A DNA stretch of 63,689 nucleotides, the filler included, from Reclinomonas americana ATCC 50394 (Eukaryota), in assembly GCA_048213135.1 (NCBI GenBank). It is 9 parts of 5 records of this genome, joined end to end, with 100 filler letters (N's around TTAATTAATTAA, not from the genome) between each part and the next. Parts side by side here need not be neighbours in the genome. Positions count along the whole stretch, not along the records: positions 13,773 to 26,517 come from PS015213.1; positions 26,618 to 30,600 come from PS015213.1; positions 30,701 to 44,120 come from PS015213.1; 6 more parts are not named here. One strand, written 5' to 3'. The notes beneath the pieces were generated by a model. That model was given only the letters and a program-made list of their open reading frames with translations. It was not told the DNA's origin and made no database searches. The translations under genes and the position numbers were made by a program. This document shows, in pieces, positions 25,854 through 40,149 of this stretch (the first letter of the stretch is position 1; every line of letters begins with the position of its first letter).

Positions 25854-26446
25854 ATGTTTGCACGGAGAGCAGTGCGGTCTTCCTTGGCTTTAGTGACGCC
25901 TCTGCGGCACTCGTGGGTGCTACAGTCGCGTCTTCTCAGTCATCACGCGCACCACCACCAGGAGCAGCAGCACAAACATGCGACAAAGAATCCTTCGTCT
26001 TCGCGACTCGTCTTGTCGTGGTCAGTGCTCTCTGCGCGTACATGAGAGAGAGAGAGAGAGGCAAAAGACCTCTATCTCTGTCTCTCCATCGCTGATCATG
26101 TGCGCCTCACCAGGGGATCAAACTCCGAGGGACAACTCGGGGTCACAGGTTCAGCAGTGAGCAGCAACGAGCCGTACCCGCGGCGTGTGGATCAGCTGCC
26201 TTTGAATGTGGTGTCGGTGGTGGCGAGTCCCGGTGCGCACTCGGCGGCTGTGACGGACGATGGTGCGCTGTACATGTGGGGCGTCAATGACAAGGTGCGC
26301 TCGTGGTGTGGTTACGTGTTGACGCTTGTTGATTGCCTGCCTCACGTCTGCCAGCATCAACTCGGTCTCGGCGACACGGAGCGGCGGCTGGTTCCGACGG
26401 TTGTACATGGGATTGCCGAGCCGGTGGTGCAGGTGGCTCTCGGCTA
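25854..26446 (+). CDS. RCC1-repeat protein with a probable mitochondrial presequence (3' incomplete)
   Basis: The N-terminus MFARRAVRSSLALVTPLRHS is Arg/Ser-rich and acid-free. RCC1 blades: VLSW|GSNSEGQLG...HSAAVTDDGALYMWGVNDK|HQLGLGDTERRLVPTVV...VVQVALG. Confidence 0.85.
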
Positions 26447-26617
26447 GTTTTGTATTTGCTGTTGCTGGTCAAGGGCGTTTGTCGATCCCTCTCCTCACCA
26501 CATGCTCTCTCTGTCGTNNNNNNNNNNNNNNNNNNNNNNNNNNNNNNNNNNNNNNNNNNNNTTAATTAATTAANNNNNNNNNNNNNNNNNNNNNNNNNNN
26601 NNNNNNNNNNNNNNNNN

Positions 26618-26871
26618 AGAAGCAGTTGGTCCTGGTGCGCGGCGAGATTGTGTCATCGGGTCTCTCTCGAGCGGTGAGTGTGTGCACGCTGCACGTGCTC
26701 TCTCTCTCTCTCACACACATATGATTGTAGAGTGGAGACAAGCTGATGCGGAGTGTGTTGAACTTTTACCTCATCCCCTCACTATATAAGCACGTGGAGA
26801 CCTTCAACAAGAGGCCCCGAGAGTTCAACTTTGACGAGGTGTTGCGAGCAGCACGTGCCGAGGGCAAGTAG
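26618..26871 (+). CDS. 3' two exons of an unidentified gene
   Basis: KQLVLVRGEIVSSGLSRA|SGDKLMRSVLNFYLIPSLYKHVETFNKRPREFNFDEVLRAARAEGK*. Confidence 0.5.
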
Positions 26872-26936
26872 GCACCGAAGATGAGATGACGAGCGGCGAA
26901 GCATGAACGCCATTTCGGCATTCTTCTATGTTCCAT

Positions 26937-29900
26937 TTACTTTTTGAACTTGCTAATGTTGAGTGACACCTTGCCGGAGCGCTGGGCGGCTCTGTATGGC
27001 GCAGTGAGTCGATTGCACAGCTCCGAGATGCGGGACGCCCGACAACGCAACTGTTCCGCTGCTAACCGCTGCTGCTCGGCTTGCCGCTGTTGGAACTCCA
27101 CAATCGATGTTTGCAGCAACTGTGGGATGAGCGTGAGCACAAGCGCCGCGATGTACACATTTTCTTCCTCTCTGTCACCCAACTGTACGATCTTCGACGG
27201 ACATGCGTGCAACAATGGCTTTGATACGCAGGTCCGTCTGCATCACCTGCACCAGTGCCATGCAGCACGCATCTTTGCCGATCCCGCTGCAGATCANNNN
27301 NNNNNNNNNNNNNNNNNNNNNNNNNNNNNNNNNNNNNNNNNNNNNNNNNNNNNNNNNNNNNNNNNNNNNNNNNNNNNNNNNNNNNNNNNNNNNNNNNNNN
27401 NNNNNNNNNNNNNNNNNNNNNNNNNNNNNNNNNNNNNNNNNNNNNNNNNNNNNNNNNNNNNNNNNNNNNNNNNNNNNNNNNNNNNNNNNNNNNNNNNNNN
27501 NNNNNNNNNNNNNNNNNNNNNNNNNNNNNNNNNNNNNNNNNNNNNNNNNNNNNNNNNNNNNNNNNNNNNNNNNNNNNNNNNNNNNNNNNNNNNNNNNNNN
27601 NNNNNNNNNNNNNNNNNNNNNNNNNNNNNNNNNNNNNNNNNNNNNNNNNNNNNNNNNNNNNNNNNNNNNNNNNNNNNNNNNNNNNNNNNNNNNNNNNNNN
27701 NNNNNNNNNNNNNNNNNNNNNNNNNNNNNNNNNNNNNNNNNNNNNNNNNNNNNNNNNNNNNNNNNNNNNNNNNNNNNNNNNNNNNNNNNNNNNNNNNNNN
27801 NNNNNNNNNNNNNNNNNNNNNNNTGGCAAGAGCACGTGAGAACTGGAGCATTGGGCAGGTGTGTCACTGTGGCGCACGCAACAGGCGAAGGAACACGAGC
27901 AAGGCGGCCGCGACCACATCGAGACATTGTGCTTCTGGTGTTCACAGTCATTTGGTCAGCGAGAAAAGGAGATCGAGATGAGAGAGGCGCTTGTCGTGGC
28001 GCAACTTTGATCCGTATCGGGCGCCGAATCAACAGCAGCTGAGAGCGCGTAGAGCAGCATAAGAGACTGCACGCGTTCCAAGGCGCACTGTTCCAGAACG
28101 TCGGGTGTCGCTCCTTCCAACTGGGCCAGCGTGACGTGCGCCACAGCGGCCACATATTGCCGCATGGTGTTGCCCGATTCACCACCAAGCTGTCGGGGGT
28201 GGGAAAAGTGAGCAGTCCATGGCTACAAGATAATATGCAAAGGAGACGGCGACACAACTCGTCCAAGTTGTCGCAGTGCTGCCTGCAACAACCGCGACAA
28301 ATTCTGCGCCGAAAAACAGCGGTGAGACACGTGACACAGAACAGAGACACAGTTTCTCATCGAATCACACAAACACATACCGCCGTCGGGTGTTGCAGCT
28401 GCTGTTGCAACACTGCGAGGAATTGTTGATGCCGGACCGAGTGCTCCGGTAATGACATGAATCCCGCCACCACGCAGTCCAGCAGCGCCGGTGTGCTGGC
28501 CGAGCTGTCGCATACACGTTCAAAATGAGATGGACATGTTCTCTTCTCAACCATCTGGCCACGCCGACACGAAACTCTTGCACGTCCCTCAAGAGGGACA
28601 GCGCCAGACGATCGGAGGCAGCTCCAGTGCAGGCCAGAATGGCCGACATTTCCCGAGACGCAAGCGACATTGCATCGGCTACCAACACAACGACTGTGAA
28701 CAATACAGCACAACAACGACAACAACAACAGCCACAGTGCACATGCCTGGCAGTTCCACCGGCACCACCACGCCAGCAGTCAGCAGCCGCACCACTCGCT
28801 GGCTGCAAATGGCACACTGTGCCACAAATGAACGCCAAGCAGCTGCATTGGTACCCTGCTCGAGTGCCACCGAGACGGCAGGATCGACAGCGGCACCGAC
28901 AAACGCCAACTCGGAGGCAAGCAAGTCTCGCAGCACGGCACCGTCGAGCTCTGCATCGAGCAATGAGGAAAATGCACCGCGCTTCATTCAGAGAGAACAA
29001 GGCCCGTTACGCAACGCATGCTTGGTGCATCGGCTCCATCGACAAGCAGCGAAGGAGCATGCAGAGCCAGCAACTGCTGATGAAGACGATTCACAGAGGC
29101 AATCACCGAGTCACTAGCACACAAAAGTTCAGTCAGCAAACTGTTTCCACCGAGACGTGTGCATGCCTGTACGCACAGCAGGAGTGGCCGCACGCTGGCC
29201 GGAGTGGTCGACAGACCACTGCTCACTGCCGACAAGAACTGTACCACAGTGGCCGGCTGCAGACGAACCAGCGCAGTGAGACCACTGCCGACGGTGACAA
29301 GATATGTGAATGAGCAAGGGACACAACATTTTCCTGCACATCCAAGTGGCTCTCCAAGAACGCCATGACAAGACTCGCACTTCCGTCCTGGCACAACAGC
29401 AAACACTCATGAGAACATGTTCCTCTGATGCGACCAAAGAACGCGATACGTACTTGTGTGAGCCACGTAAAGGGAGCGGCCACCAATGCCGAGAGCGCGT
29501 TGTTCATGACACCGGAGAACGCCTCGCGATCCGCACTGACAAAGATGTTGACGCAGAACCAAAACGCCGAGACGGCAAATGACCATGTGGACGATGCCTC
29601 GCTCTAATCGCAAGTGTTACCACACCATAATTTGTGGCCTCTCTCACACACACACCGACATTCCTCTCACCTCAAACGCCGTTCTCCAGTGCTTGCCTCC
29701 ATCAAAAGAAGCCAGACGGAAAAGCGCCTCCAGCACACTGAGCATCTTGCCTTCCATGAGCGGAAGTGCTCGGAACCCGAGAACGCGATTCGTGAGATGC
29801 AGTTGCCAGTGATCGCCCGTCAAGTCCCGGTCGAACGAGTGATGCTGTTGTCGGTGCGCTTCAAGTGAACAACGCACCAGCGCGAAACGTTGCACCACAA

Positions 29901-32900
29901 GTACCAACAAACCATCCGCTTTGTCTTCAAATAGGCAAAGTCGCTGACAATGTGGAACCAATCGTATACCACCAGCACCATCATGTCACACCTGAGAGCG
30001 AACGACGACGCAAGGTCAGCCAGTGACAGTAACAAGTCACACGCCTTCAGCTCTGGACCAGACTCAACTCAAAAAAGGTGGTCGGCACTCCCGACGCTGG
30101 TCCGTGGCCACGGAATCCCGTGGAGAACACGTGCGCCATGGCCTGCAACAACTCCACCTTGATGCGCAAGGCACTCTCCTCGCCATAGGTCACCACGTAC
30201 GCTGCGCCAATTGACCGCGATCGTAGGTGAGTGCAACAGTCAACAGTACGAACCACATTTCACAAACGCACCCTCAGACAACTTGTACTGCTCCACGAGC
30301 AGGGAGATGACGCGCGCCATGGCTTGATCGTCAATGATGGACCAGCAACAATCAAGGAATGCACACAGCGCTCGCGTCACGCAGGACAGGTCCTCCGGCG
30401 ACACCAGGTGCTTTGTGTCCACCACACCTCCCAGAGATCCGTCGAAATCCACATCGGCAGACCGATCGGTACACACCAAGTGCTGCGTGACAGTCGAGTG
30501 GGTGATTTGCAATGCATGTATACAATGCACTCCACGGGGGAAACACAAAGGCCAAAAACCTGACGCAAGGTGGTGAGAATCTGCGTGGCATACAGCTCAA
30601 NNNNNNNNNNNNNNNNNNNNNNNNNNNNNNNNNNNNNNNNNNNNTTAATTAATTAANNNNNNNNNNNNNNNNNNNNNNNNNNNNNNNNNNNNNNNNNNNN
30701 GCAGGCGATTGCCGTGAATCTCCGGATCCATGGCATCACGGAAGGCCTGCACAACCAGATGAAAAACCACCGACTGGGATTTTGTCTCCACATTTGCATG
30801 CACGTACCACGACGGTCGACTGCAACAGTGTGGTAGCCACTCGTCGCAGCTGGGAGCCGTGCGACTGCAGCCCAATGCCGAGGTCCATCAGTTCCTGGAA
30901 GTGGCCACAGATGTATCGCTTCTGGTAATCGACGAGTGACACATCTGGCGATTTCTGTCGCTGGAACATGTTGTAGACCACGGTCAAGTCAAAATGCGGA
31001 GGTGCTGGTCGGCAGAGTTGCGAGCACTCAAATGCAGTGTCGAGGAATGCACACAAACACTCGACGGCCAGTACGCGCGTCTTGCTCCTGTCAACAGTCA
31101 ACACAATCACATGAGTTGACGCTGCCCATGGGACCACCCATGCACAACGGCACGCAACTTGTGTCCCCTCTGCGCCGCAGTGCCACTACCGTTGCTACCA
31201 CTGGCCGCAGCTCGCGACGCACTGGGTGAGGCAGCACCGGCGGCTGCCGANNNNNNNNNNNNNNNNNNNNNNNNNNNNNNNNNNNNNNNNNNNNNNNNNN
31301 NNNNNNNNNNNNNNNNNNNNNNNNNNNNNNNNNNNNNNNNNNNNNNNNNNNNNNNNNNNNNNNNNNNNNNNNNNNNNNNNNNNNNNNNNNNNNNNNNNNN
31401 NNNNNNNNNNNNNNNNNNNNNNNNNNNNNNNNNNNNNNNNNNNNNNNNNNNNNNNNNNNNNNNNNNNNNNNNNNNNNNNNNNNNNNNNNNNNNNNNNNNN
31501 NNNNNNNNNNNNNNNNNNNNNNNNNNNNNNNNNNNNNNNNNNNNNNNNNNNNNNNNNNNNNNNNNNNNNNNNNNNNNNNNNNNNNNNNNNNNNNNNNNNN
31601 NNNNNNNNNNNNNNNNNNNNNNNNNNNNNNNNNNNNNNNNNNNNNNNNNNNNNNNNNNNNNNNNNNNNNNNNNNNNNNNNNNNNNNNNNNNNNNNNNNNN
31701 NNNNNNNNNNNNNNNNNNNNNNNNNNNNNNNNNNNNNNNNNNNNNNNNNNNNNNNNNNNNNNNNNNNNNNNNNNNNNNNNNNNNNNNNNNNNNNNNNNNN
31801 NNNNNNNNNNNNNNNNNNNNNNNNNNNNNNNNNNNNNNNNNNNNNNNNNNNNNNNNNNNNNNNNNNNNNNNNNNNNNNNNNNNNNNNNNNNNNNNNNNNN
31901 NNNNNNNNNNNNNNNNNNNNNNNNNNNNNNNNNNNNNNNNNNNNNNNNNNNNNNNNNNNNNNNNNNNNNNNNNNNNNNNNNNNNNNNNNNNNNNNNNNNN
32001 NNNNNNNNNNNNNNNNNNNNNNNNNNNNNNNNCGGTGCACCGCCGCGCCCACCGGCGCTTGTGCCACTGCCACTGCCGCCACCGCTCCCACTCGCACCGC
32101 CAGATCGCGACGAAGATGCACCGCTGCCGGAGTAAGCGGCATGAGTCGAAATCGCCACACAACACGAACGAGCCGCCTGAACTACTACTACTACTCACCG
32201 CGCTGGCATGCCATCCAGCGAGTCGGCACTGCCGGATGACTTTAGCGATCCGCCAGACGGGCCGTCGTCGCTTTCGTCAACCACAAAGTCTTCGTCCTCA
32301 TCCTCCATGCCTGCGGGCCAGCAAAGGAAGACAGTGAGCGAACCCCACCCCACGTACGCGCGCAACACATGAACGCATGTGTGATGTGATGCGGCACACC
32401 TCGATCTTCTCCGCCGCCGTCAGAGGCGCTGGCACGACTGGAGCTGCCCGCGCCGTCAGCGACCGCACGACTCGCTCCGGCAGACCCCAACTTGCTGGCA
32501 CCACCGCCAACTGCACCGGGAGCCGCAGCAATGCGTTGCGTGGCGGTGACAGCACTGCAGGGTGGGCATGTATTTTTAGAGCAGTGGTGACATGATTATG
32601 ATGGCATGCCAACCAACCTCATCAGCTCCTGCATCATCAGCACCATGGTCTNNNNNNNNNNNNNNNNNNNNGGTGGCCTTCGCGGCTCCGTGAATCAAAA
32701 AAGTGCCGAACTTCTGTGCGCACGTACGCCAGCAGATACGACGCCACCGGGCGGATAAACATATCGGAGCAGTACGTGTCGACCAGGTGGAAAATGAACT
32801 TGAACATGAGTGCACGCGACGCGGCATTCTGCAGACTGGCACAGTGCGCAATGGCTGACAGGAACATGAGAAGTTCGCGACGCGTCTCCGTCGACCTGGA

Positions 32901-35900
32901 TTCACGTGGTTCAGGCTACACAATTACGATGCACTAATGATTACGTGGCCACTCTGCACCGACTGACTCACCGAGTGTTGCCGTACGACGAACACGGATC
33001 ATGGAGGAGCCACGCAGCCACGGTGCTGGGATGAACCAACATGCGAATCGATCTGCTGATTTCCGCGCCCTGCTCCTCGCCCATCAGCAACGCACGTGAC
33101 CAGTCGGCCAGTTGGCGTGTCAGCCAGTGATTTGCCACCACCACCCTGACGCGACGGGAAAGGTGAGAAGGAGAAGCAGCATTAGACTGTTAAATNNNNN
33201 NNNNNNNNNNNNNNNGACAGTGGTAGCAGCAGACCCAGACAACGATGATTGAGAGGTGTTTGCCATGCGCGACAAGAGATTGGCGGGCTCAAAGAACTGC
33301 GACGTGCACGTCAGCAACCACACCATGCATGCATCGCAAGTCTGCTGGAGATGAGCACACAAACCAGCGAGTTCTCGCCTGCAATGATCAGCGTGTTGAC
33401 AATCTCGTGGTACGCATCGCCGTGCGTTCGAGCCTGTGCACGCAGTCAGTCAGCTATCAGCAACGACAAGTAGATGGACGGTGAGCAGTTCATGAACTGC
33501 GCAACATTGAACATGGCCCGCCAGTCGCAGAAAATGTGCTGCACAACGTCGACCACAAACGAGCCGATGCTGTGACGACTGTCCGGGTGCACAAAGTGCG
33601 GGCACGCCAGTAGCAGCTGCGCAACCTGTCACCAAACGGGGTTGGTTGACGCACAGGGGGAGAGAAACATAAGAAAGAGGAGATTCAGGCACCTTCCGAT
33701 CACTTTCACCAGCCGGCAATGATGCACCAAGCAGTCCAGCTAGTGCGGGAGCAATAGACATGACATGCTCCGCAAACACGTGTCCTGCACGCAAGCCTAC
33801 TGTGAGGCCGCACGGCGACGAGCGGTCAACAACGGCAAAGAAACAATGACGTACCAAGTACTCGACTGAGCTGCGTCAGGGCGCCAAGAGCCGCCGCGTG
33901 CACGTCGACCTCGATACTGCGCACTTTGGACAGCAACGTGGAGACAAACAACGGCTGGAACTCCTCTGCCTGTGCCACCGACAAGTGTCTGCAATATGCC
34001 CCGAAGAACTGCATGAGAGACAACAACGCAGGCGCTCGCGAAGAACAACGACACGATCTCACCGAATCATGGCCGACACTGACAGGCACACTGATGCTTG
34101 AACCACCGGGTTGGGGTTTTCACACTGCGGCCAGAGATTCAATGAAAAATACAAACCCGGCAAGATACAACCGCAAAACACACGCGCTCACCTCCTGCAC
34201 GACAGTATGCAACAGCAGCTGCAGCGTTGGTGGACTCACGCGCTCGCACACACCGGCAAACGATCCAATGCACTCGGCAGCCAGGGCGTAGATCTCGCAC
34301 CGCGGATGCGCACAATACTCTGAAAGGAAGGGGAAAGGTGAGAAACGATTGCACGCACGAATGGCAGTCGAGTCGAGCGGTCGCACCAAGCAGAGTGCTG
34401 CGAATGTCCTCGAATGGCCACACTTCGTAGGCACCGACAGCGTGCCGCACCGCAAAGTTGGCCATCAGTTTCCACATCAGAGACAGGCAATTCAGTGCAA
34501 TCATGTGTGCGCGCCCAGCAGATTTCTTCCACGCCCCCTACAATGATGCAGGGAGGTGAGGGTGCAGACGGTGTGATGGCAACAGGGTGACTGACGGAGA
34601 CCTTGAGGTCGCGGCACACGAACGTCAGCAGATTCATCTGCGCATTCGGCCGCAGCTGCGGAAAGACTGCAGCCAGAAAATCGATGGACAGATTCGCCAC
34701 TTGCGTGAACGGCGATGAGTACTGCGTGCAACGAGCAACCTCGCGAGTGAGCACGGCAGTGTAAGGTCGCACACATACACACACACGCATCGNNNNNNNN
34801 NNNNNNNNNNNNTCACCTTCTCCAGCAGCGAATCCTCTGCGGTGAGCTCGCTGAGCGAGTACAACTCCAGCGTGTCGAGAGTGGCGTGTTGCTGTGCGCG
34901 CTCACGTGAGTACACAATGATCACACAAGAATGAAATCCTACGTGACGATCCCATTCACCATTTCAGTGAGTACGTAATCGCGATAGATGGTGACGTCTT
35001 CCTCGACATAATGCGGAAGGAGTGGGGTGTGCACCGACGCCAGGAAACCTGCAGCACTGCTTCAGTTGACTATCCGTACACATTGATGCAGGCTGGCGAG
35101 CACACCAGTGTTGCCGTCCACGTGTTCGACACACGTCCTGGTCCACTGGCGCTTGATTTCGGGATTCGAGGTCGCCAGCGACAGTGGGAGTGCGGCAAAA
35201 CACTGCGAGAGACGCCAGCGGAAGGCTGTCATGGCTCGCCGCAGCGGAGCACTCGTGCCGGGCTCCTTGACTTGCACCGTTTGAGCGTAGGCTCTGCGGA
35301 GTGTGCGCTTCAGTGCGACGAAACTGCTCCAGCAAGCAACGAAAAATGCACGCAACACTGAGGATGCCAGCAGTTGTCCAATGACCTCTTGCATGTCGAC
35401 AGCATTGCCTCGGGGACTGTACTTTCGAGGGTCAGCTAACCGGGATTGCAGAATGCTCATGTGTGTGGAACGCAACGTTGTCAACTGCAGCGCCAGAAGT
35501 GTGTCGGCATCGGGGTGGCGCAGCAGGTGGCACACCGACTGCAAGCACCAACAACGAGTTTGGATGTGTGCATGAAAGGCGCTCTCGTTGCGACTGATTT
35601 CCTTTGGCGCCTGCACGTTGTGCGTCTGTCAGCAGCAAGCACACAGACGCACAACAACAACAACATCAACAGTACGAGACCTCGGAGACGTTCAGTGTCT
35701 GCAGCCACATGGTGACGGCCTTGATGAGATGGGAGCGCAGTAGTGACAGCGGTGCAGTGAGAGCTCCCGANNNNNNNNNNNNNNNNNNNNNNNNNNNNNN
35801 NNNNNNNNNNNNNNNNNNNNNNNNNNNNNNNNNNNNNNNNNNNNNNNNNNNNNNNNNNNNNNNNNNNNNNNNNNNNNNNNNNNNNNNNNNNNNNNNNNNN

Positions 35901-38707
35901 NNNNNNNNNNNNNNNNNNNNNNNNNNNNNNNNNNNNNNNNNNNNNNNNNNNNNNNNNNNNNNNNNNNNNNNNNNNNNNNNNNNNNNNNNNNNNNNNNNNN
36001 NNNNNNNNNNNNNNNNNNNNNNNNNNNNNNNNNNNNNNNNNNNNNNNNNNNNNNNNNNNNNNNNNNNNNNNNNNNNNNNNNNNNNNNNNNNNNNNNNNNN
36101 NNNNNNNNNNNNNNNNNNNNNNNNNNNNNNNNNNNNNNNNNNNNNNNNNNNNNNNNNNNNNNNNNNNNNNNNNNNNNNNNNNNNNNNNNNNNNNNNNNNN
36201 NNNNNNNNNNNNNNNNNNNNNNNNNNNNNNNNNNNNNNTAGCAGACGCCAGCAAGCGCTGTCCAGAGACTCTTGTGCTGTCGCGTGCAATCGCTGATTGA
36301 GGGGCGAGGAAAGAGAGCGAGACAGCGGTGAAAAATGCGGGAACAAACCACTCTGGACCTCGTTGCTGGGCGACGAGAAGATCTTGAACGCTGTGTCGAT
36401 GGAGGACCACACACTGCTGAATACGCAGGTGGTGAACGACGACGCGAGTGCGCTCATGCAGGCCGACGCGTACAAGGACACGTTCTCCAGCTGTCGGCAC
36501 AGTGGCGGGGCCTGTGCTCACACCACGTGTCACCCACAAGCGCGTCGCATGACCGTGGTAGCATTCATCGCACTCACCGCACGTGCCGACTTCTTATTCA
36601 GCGCCTGTAACGACTGCATCGTGACTTGCACGTTGCTCAGCAAGTTTGCCAGCAGCGTGTTGCCAAAGGAAGTGGACACGGTGCAAATCGCATGAAAGCA
36701 CTGCGCGTGGGCACACGGAGTGAGATCGGGACTGCTAGTGCATGGAGCAGCAGCTCACATACCGCCGCAGTTAGCGTGGGAGCGTGCGTCTGCTGCATGA
36801 GGCAGTCGACGCATTTGTCGAGCAGTGAGAGAACTCCAGAGCTGCCACTCAGGATGCGTTGTCTGGCACGGCAGATGCACGTCAGGTGGGCTGCTTACGC
36901 GGCAGAGAAAAAATGGGTGCACAGTCTCACCGCAAAAGGTCCAGCAGGCATGCTGTCCGCCACTCGTCTGTGCGGGCGGGACAGCCGGCGAGTAGCGTCA
37001 GCACACACTCGATAAACGGTGCATCCAAAGCGTCTGCGACAGCGGTCGCGGATGAGAACAACGAACAAGGCGCGCGCATCAGTTTTCGTCGCCAGCATGC
37101 TCTCACCCGATCGGCACCGGAATCCATCGAGCAGCATGACACTGACACAGTTACGAATGTTGCGCAGATCCAGTGGCGATGTGGAGGCCTTGATGCAAGA
37201 CAAGTAGTCGAGAACACTCTCCAGCACACGCACGGTAAAGTCGGGTTGCACAAACAAGGCATCGAGTGACGGGATGAAACGGCACATGTGCACGAGAGAC
37301 CGCGAGATACTCGTTCGTGCCACGCACGACGAGGCTGTGAACCGAAACGTTGTGCATGAGAAGACGCCGCATGCAAACTGCACGTCAAGTGAGACGCAAC
37401 AGCGCTTGAATTGGGTGCCGAGCACCTCCAGCACATCCACGATGGAGAACGAGGTGCGCTTCTTGGAGGAGAAGAAGGAAGTCTTGGCCGCCGCGCCCGC
37501 CTTGACTGGAGTCTCGGGCTTGTCGGTGGCGTTGAACTGCACCGCTCGGGCCAGCAGCACACCGAGGGTCTCGCACATGCGTTCGCGAACATGCAAGTTT
37601 GCGTCCTCCAGCGTCTAACCCCCCCACAACAAGTCAGTCACACACACACGCAAGTGCAGAATCCAGAATCGCTCCTTCGCCCCCACCTTTAGCGCCATGG
37701 TGATCAGCGTTTCCACCGCAGTCGACACCGCCAATCGCGAAGTGCGCGCCAATCCAACCAGGCACTCGACGGCAGCCTCACGCACCTGCACCATCGAGTC
37801 CTGCAAAGAGCTCACGTGTGAGGCATGAGAGAGAGAGAGGTGTGCGCTTGCTCCCGTCCCACGCACCGACAAGCCACGCTGGATCGCCTTGCACAGGTCC
37901 GGGAACAACTCATCGATGACTCGTGTGCTGCCGGCCAGCAACGCCGCCAAGCACACCAGAGCCGAGTATCTCAGATTGCCCTGCGTTGCACTCCTGTCGA
38001 TGAGATAACTCTGCGGGGAGGAGCGAAACGGCACGACCCAAAAGAACCTCTTCCGACTTGACGAGCTTGGACAGCTCGCGAAAGTGGTCGCCGACCTCGC
38101 GACTCAGCACGCGGCCAAAGTCTCCCCAAAGCGACGACAAGCACGTCAACGCACAGCTGCAGCCGAGAGGTTCACTCCAACTGCCATACACACACACACA
38201 CACACACTCACAGACAGACATCCCCGGCAAACAAACGCAACATGCGTGAGCTGACTGTGCTCTTGCTCGCCGACGCACGAGTCAGCAACTCCCGCGACAC
38301 CTCGGCCACCTTGTTCACATCACCGCTGGCGCGGAAGAGCGCACTCAGCGAGAGGCCAATGCGATGTCGCAGCGGCCATGCAGCCTCTGTGTGATGATGA
38401 CGATGATGCGATCAGTGAGACACACACACACATCCACGCGCACACACGCACGCACACACCTTTGGAGTCGGTCAACAGCAGCAGAGTCTGCACACACGCT
38501 GGCTGCATGCTGCGCACATCGGCCTGCGGTGCATGTCACTCTTTCAGTCAGCGCAAATTTGTTCATCGCGCGCGCGCGCACTCACGCACTCACCTGCGTG
38601 AGTGAGGCCACCAGACTGCGCATCTCGCTCAGTGCAGCATCGCGTGCCGACAGCGACACTGCCGGGTTGACCAGCACCTCTTGCACGGCCTGCAGCAGCA
38701 CAGCCAT
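26937..38707 (-). CDS. HEATR5: HEATR5/Laa1/SWEETIE-like large HEAT-repeat AP-1 accessory protein (many exons, several gaps)
   Basis: The N-terminus ADVRSMQ...AWPLRHRIGLSLSALFRASGD...SRICALTCLSSLWGDFGRVL...RGLS|DSMVQVREAAVECL...LK|TLEDANLHVRERMCETLG is collinear with the HEATR5 N-terminus. The C-terminus is IKAIVARMSVEDRT|LLQTSI...KVSLNISKFKK*. Confidence 0.75.
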
Positions 38708-38775
38708 GGCGCTGCGACGAGGCTCGAAAACACAACAACACGACGAGGACGCTGCGAAGGACATCAAGCGATGAT

Positions 38776-40015
38776 CTACATTTCTCGAAGCATAATGTCG
38801 CGGGCAGTTCGTGGATTGCCTGCGCCTGCCACTCCACCACCGCCAGGTCCGTCATCGTCGGCGCCCGCATTGTGCAGGAGCATAGAGGCGCGATGCTGCA
38901 GGTATTGCTGCGTCGCCAGGTCGTCGGTCAGTACGTGTGCCAGTGGGCCGGTGATAAGCAGGCCGACAAATGCGCAGTACGGCAGGCTGCGTCGCGTGGA
39001 GGGGAGGGCGTGAGAAAGAGTCGAGAGACTCCCTCGGTCACAGGGCTCACCATCGGCCGAGAAGAACGGGCATGAAGATGCTCTGCGGGAAGGCCTCCAG
39101 GCGCAGATCGACGTGCAACGGGTACCACACGGCAAACCACAGCACGTACACGATGCCAATGGCAAGCGACGTGGTCCACACCACCAGCGGTCCACGCCAC
39201 CAGTGCTCTCCACGCGGTGGGAATCCCAGCCTGCACACACACAGAGAGAGAGAGAGGTGAGGACGCCACCTCGCAATCCGGATCGCGCCACACTTGCTCA
39301 CGCGCGCACCATCGACCAATGCCAGGCAGCACATCGCGCGCCACCGACGACAAGAACAACGAGATGCTGACACAAAAGAGCAACACGAAGCGCGCTCGTC
39401 GCGTCGGCTGGTGCGCCTTGGTGATGGCGGTGCTGCCGGGTAGCAGTACATTCGACAACTCTCCCTTTTGATCGTCCAGCGCGTAGAACCACTCATCGTC
39501 GCACCACAGACAAAACAAACCACCGACAATGACCAGCGCATGCAACAGATACTCGACCAGTGCCTCGGTCGGCAGCTGCGACGCCGATGCCGAGGCCGAC
39601 TCTGTGCCCTCATCGAGTCCTCCTTCGCCCATCGGCATAGCTTCGTAGGAGGCCTGTGAGCGACCACGAGCAGCGACGATCGCTTCGCGACGTGACCATG
39701 TGGTGCGCGAGGCACGCCACAAGCCCACCAGTCCGCCCGACAGCATAATGATGCCAATCCACTGTGTGTTGCGGCGCACTGCGCGGTGAGTACTGTGCGC
39801 GCCCACGCAAACATGCAATGCACACGTGTTGTGCTGCTCAAACCATGGCATGTGTGGGTGAAATTGCAACCTCGGCCACCAGGGCGCCAGTGGTGAGGCC
39901 GAGCACGGCCACCCATGCTGCACTCACCGCAGTGAGGCACACTAATCGCACGAGCATGAAATAGTTTAGTTGTCGTCGATGGTAAGGTTTCACGGCCGAT
40001 TCGGTCCATCGGCAT
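38776..40015 (-). CDS. Unidentified multi-pass membrane protein
   Basis: Several hydrophobic segments across spliced exons: WIGIIMLSGGLVGLW, YLLHALVIVGGLFCLW, FVLLFCVSISLFLSSV, SLAIGIVYVLWFAVW and YCAFVGLLITGPLA. Confidence 0.55.
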
Positions 40016-40149
40016 TCTGTCTACAGCGAGCGATGCGTTTCCTCCTGCGCAGCTCCCTCGAAACTGCCTCTCAATTCTCCATATTTTAGCGCGCGCGCGC
40101 GAATACCCCAGCGTCTCCTCTCTCCCTACTCCTCACCGCAACCTTGCAC